A DNA stretch of 64,000 nucleotides, taken from assembly GCA_964016885.1 (NCBI GenBank), contig OZ024743.1, forward strand, positions 100,192,001 to 100,256,000, read 5' to 3'. This document shows positions 58,160 to 64,000 of this stretch, in pieces (the stretch's first letter is position 1; every line of letters begins with the position of its first letter). The position numbers and the translations under genes are program-made. The notes under the pieces are model-generated. The model was not told the origin of the DNA. It did no database searches and was given only the letters and a program-made list of their open reading frames with translations. Origin of the DNA: Eledone cirrhosa (taxonomy: Eukaryota).

Positions 58160-59295
58160 TATATACTAGCATTAGGAGAAAATTAGTTTATTTAAGCGAT
58201 TACCAACCGGAAGTGTTGACATTTCAGAATTTTTAAATAAACAAAATATATTTAATCAATAGCCACGAAATTTAGATAAATTATGTAATATTCATTAACT
58301 TTGCCTTTCATCCTTACGGGGTCGATAAAATAAAGTACCAGTAATGCACTGGATAATTGCTGGCCTTGTGCCAAAAGTAGAAACAATTATTTATTCAAAG
58401 TAATCCAACTTATTTTACTAATGGGATAAAAAATTATAAACTGTACACAGTCCCGCGCTCCTCCCTTTATTATAGTTTAGGTATAGATAGAAAGCAGTCA
58501 GATTTTGACAGCAAAATTTTTAGTTAAAAATATGTTTCATAGACTGCAACATAGTAATTTAACTAATGAGGAGTACATTTGAGAGGGGGGGATAGCAAAA
58601 CCTTGAATTTATAATCCAAGTTAGAAAATCTTAGAATATTTGGTGAACAACAGAGAAAAGAACAATTGATTCTAAATTGCTACCAAGGAAAAATAATGGA
58701 ATTGCCTTTGTTAACACGAAGATAGCATTAAAGGTTTCCTTCTATCATGACTGACCATGAGTTTGTGCCTGTCTAAGACCCAAGCCTAGGCAAGGTGTTT
58801 TTTGTAGAAGACCAGCAGATGCCCATGCAACATCCCCAATGTTCTAACAATTCTAGCAATCCACTGCTCCAGACTGGTATTTACTTTATCAACCTCAAAA
58901 GGATGAAGGGCAAAGTTGACCTCTTTGGAATTTGAACTCAGAACACTGGTGGGAGATGGAACAAATACTGCAAAGTATTTACATTCAATGTTCAAATGAC
59001 TTGAATTAAACAAGTCATTCCTATACATTAATGACTTGTAATGGCTCTTTAATTCATGTTTGATGTTGTACTTATCTGATCTTATCTCATACTTTGTGTT
59101 AAAACCAATTACCACCTTTCCTTTTTCTTCTAGATGGTAACGCTCTATTTAAAAAGAAAAAGCTCAAATATATGAAACAATTAGTGCATGGAAGAGTTAT
59201 TTTTTAGCCATTAACAAAAACTGTTAATTTTACTTTATATATATATCAGACATTGTAACTAAAAATGTTGACAGTCTGAAGTAAATGATATTATG

Positions 59296-59650
59296 ATTGG
59301 CAGTATCGGTGGAGGGTCGGACACTATGGATTGTAGCATAGAGTTACGGTCTGAGTTCAAATTCCACCGAGGTTAACTTTGTCTTTCATCCTTATGGGGT
59401 CGATAAAATAAAGTACCAGTAATGCACTGATATTATTGCTGGCCTTGTTCCAAAAGCAGAAACAATTATATAAAGTTGATGTGGATTGGCAGTATCGGTA
59501 GAACATCAGATAACATGCTTTGCGGCATAGAGTTGTGGCCCTTTACGTTCTGAGTGCAAATCCCACCGAGGTTAACTTTGTCTTTCATCCTTAAGAGGTC
59601 GATTAAATAATGCACTGGACAATTGCTGGCCTTGTGCCAAAAGTAGAAAA
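59296..59650 (+). mobile_element. Two tandem SINE family 1 copies
   Basis: Copies at ~59296-59470 and ~59480-59650. Confidence 0.75.
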
Positions 59651-60728
59651 TGATTTAAAGTTAACAGCTTTCGTGTTTTTTATTTACTCTTTTACCTGTT
59701 CCAGCCATCCGGCTGAGGCCATGCTGTAACTTTTCCATGCACTGTTTCATATATTTGAATTTCTTTTTAAATAGAACATTACCTTCTAGATAAAGAAATG
59801 AGACGTGCGATAATGTTATCTTAAATACACTTATGCATGGATGAAAAAGATCGGGATCGGTATGGACAAAGCGATGACAAACAAAAAAAAATCTGATGAA
59901 AAATCGTCTGCTTGAAATTCTCTTCTCTAACAAGTGACAACTTTACAGCGCTACTTGAAGCTTTTTTAACTATATTAATTGGTATGTACAATTGATCTTT
60001 AGAATATCAACTTTTATTACATTACATTATTCACAAATGCTTTTTCCTTGAAATGAATGAATGAGTGAATCCACAAAGATAGACGTAAGTAATCGAGATG
60101 TCCTCCCAAGCCAGCGCTCAGTTATCTTCTCTTGTTATTTCACTCGATTAGTCTAGTCGGAATATTAACATATTAACAATCTAACATGCTAGAAATTCAT
60201 TTCAAATGTTAGAGCGAGCACACTTAGCTACAGTGTTGTTTAACCGCCCCGGGTCCAACCCTGATTCAATAGACTCATATTCAAGGGGGTTCCAATTGTG
60301 ACCATCTATTTTATATTCTAGCATTCTGTTTTTAGAACTACATTATCCAACGCGTCTTCTTTTATTTTCCATGACAGTTGATTTTGCTGCTATTTCTAGC
60401 AAACGGCATTACCACGTAGTCTTCCCTCGTTGTTTTAACGGAACTAAACATAAATAACAAATGATATTCAATATTAAACCAAATATACGAAAACGTGTAT
60501 CCCGCGTTCTAAGTTCTAATTTGTAGAAAAACTCGTCCAAGAAAAGTATCAACTTTTTCTCTCCTTAAATAAGGAATCAACTTTCGGAACTTTCTGAAAA
60601 GAAATGTTCCTTTAAGAAGCGTGATGGAAGTTGGGAATGTTACACTCCGAACTAGAGGACTTAATATTCTTCAAACTGGTGAGTGTTTCTTTATAAATAG
60701 ATATTTGCAGAACAAATACATAAACGTG

Positions 60729-60765
<37 letters not shown>

Positions 60766-60900
60766 ATGTGTAAACGTAGAAAAAGAAAACAATAACAATG
60801 CTTGGGTCCACATCAGTTATATATATATGGGGGACAGGGAATTCTGGGGCATGAGAGTGAGATCAGTCATCTCGACAGTAGTCGACGAATGATGATGATG

Positions 60901-63622
<2,722 letters not shown>

Positions 63623-64000
63623 AAATAATACAGAAAGTTCGATAAGCTCGGGCGTCGTGTAAAATGTTTTGAGGTATTTTAGTTTTCTATGGTCTGAGTT
63701 CAATTCCTATCCAGATCAACTTTACCTTTCATCCTTCTGGGGTCGATAATATCTTGGCCCAGTCAAGTACAGAAGCCCATATAATCCACTTTCCTTTTCC
63801 CTCCCCAATAAAATACAGAAATCGTTTATTATTTTTATATATTTCTGTATATAAAATATTTTATATATTTCTCGTACATTAAATATGTACCAGTAATATC
63901 CTGTTGGTCAAGTCAATCGGTTTGAGCTTTATAATTTGCTTGTTCCTGTTTGGTGGTTATTTATAGTATTTAGGCGTGTCCCATTACATTCTGAGTTCAA

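Noticed and set aside
59883-59915. Further CTGATGA motifs as hammerheads (also ~39820 and ~51349)
   Set aside because: No stem I pairing or no GAAA/UH in the right register.
60575-60685. First exon of a downstream gene (donor-like TG/gtgagt near 60679)
   Set aside because: Only a short reading frame, with no recognisable homology and no further exons in the window.

Overview
AT-rich, repeat-dense eukaryotic (animal) genomic DNA; the SINE/RTE/microsatellite content suggests a mollusc, probably an octopod cephalopod (inference). One complete multi-exon gene on the + strand fills 3943-57037: URB1/NPA1 (nucleolar pre-ribosomal-associated protein 1). I reconstructed it by hand as 34 GT-AG coding exons with consistent phases, 6600 nt, 2199 aa plus stop. 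The introns carry a near full-length disabled RTE LINE with a PHD-type finger inside its RT region, truncated copies of two RTE subfamilies, CR1-type 3' ends, tRNA-derived SINE families, a TTAA-targeting piggyBac remnant with its MITEs, a pogo-like MITE holding a perfect 150-bp palindrome, and a ~1.45-kb minisatellite. Downstream lie Helitron-like elements and a 2.7-kb interrupted (TA)n tract. The least expected signal is a set of minimal type I hammerhead-ribozyme motifs: two with intact cores inside fold-back Penelope-like remnants upstream of the gene, one intact-core motif in intron 10, and two degenerate ones. All coordinates were read by eye; element ends may be off by a few bases.
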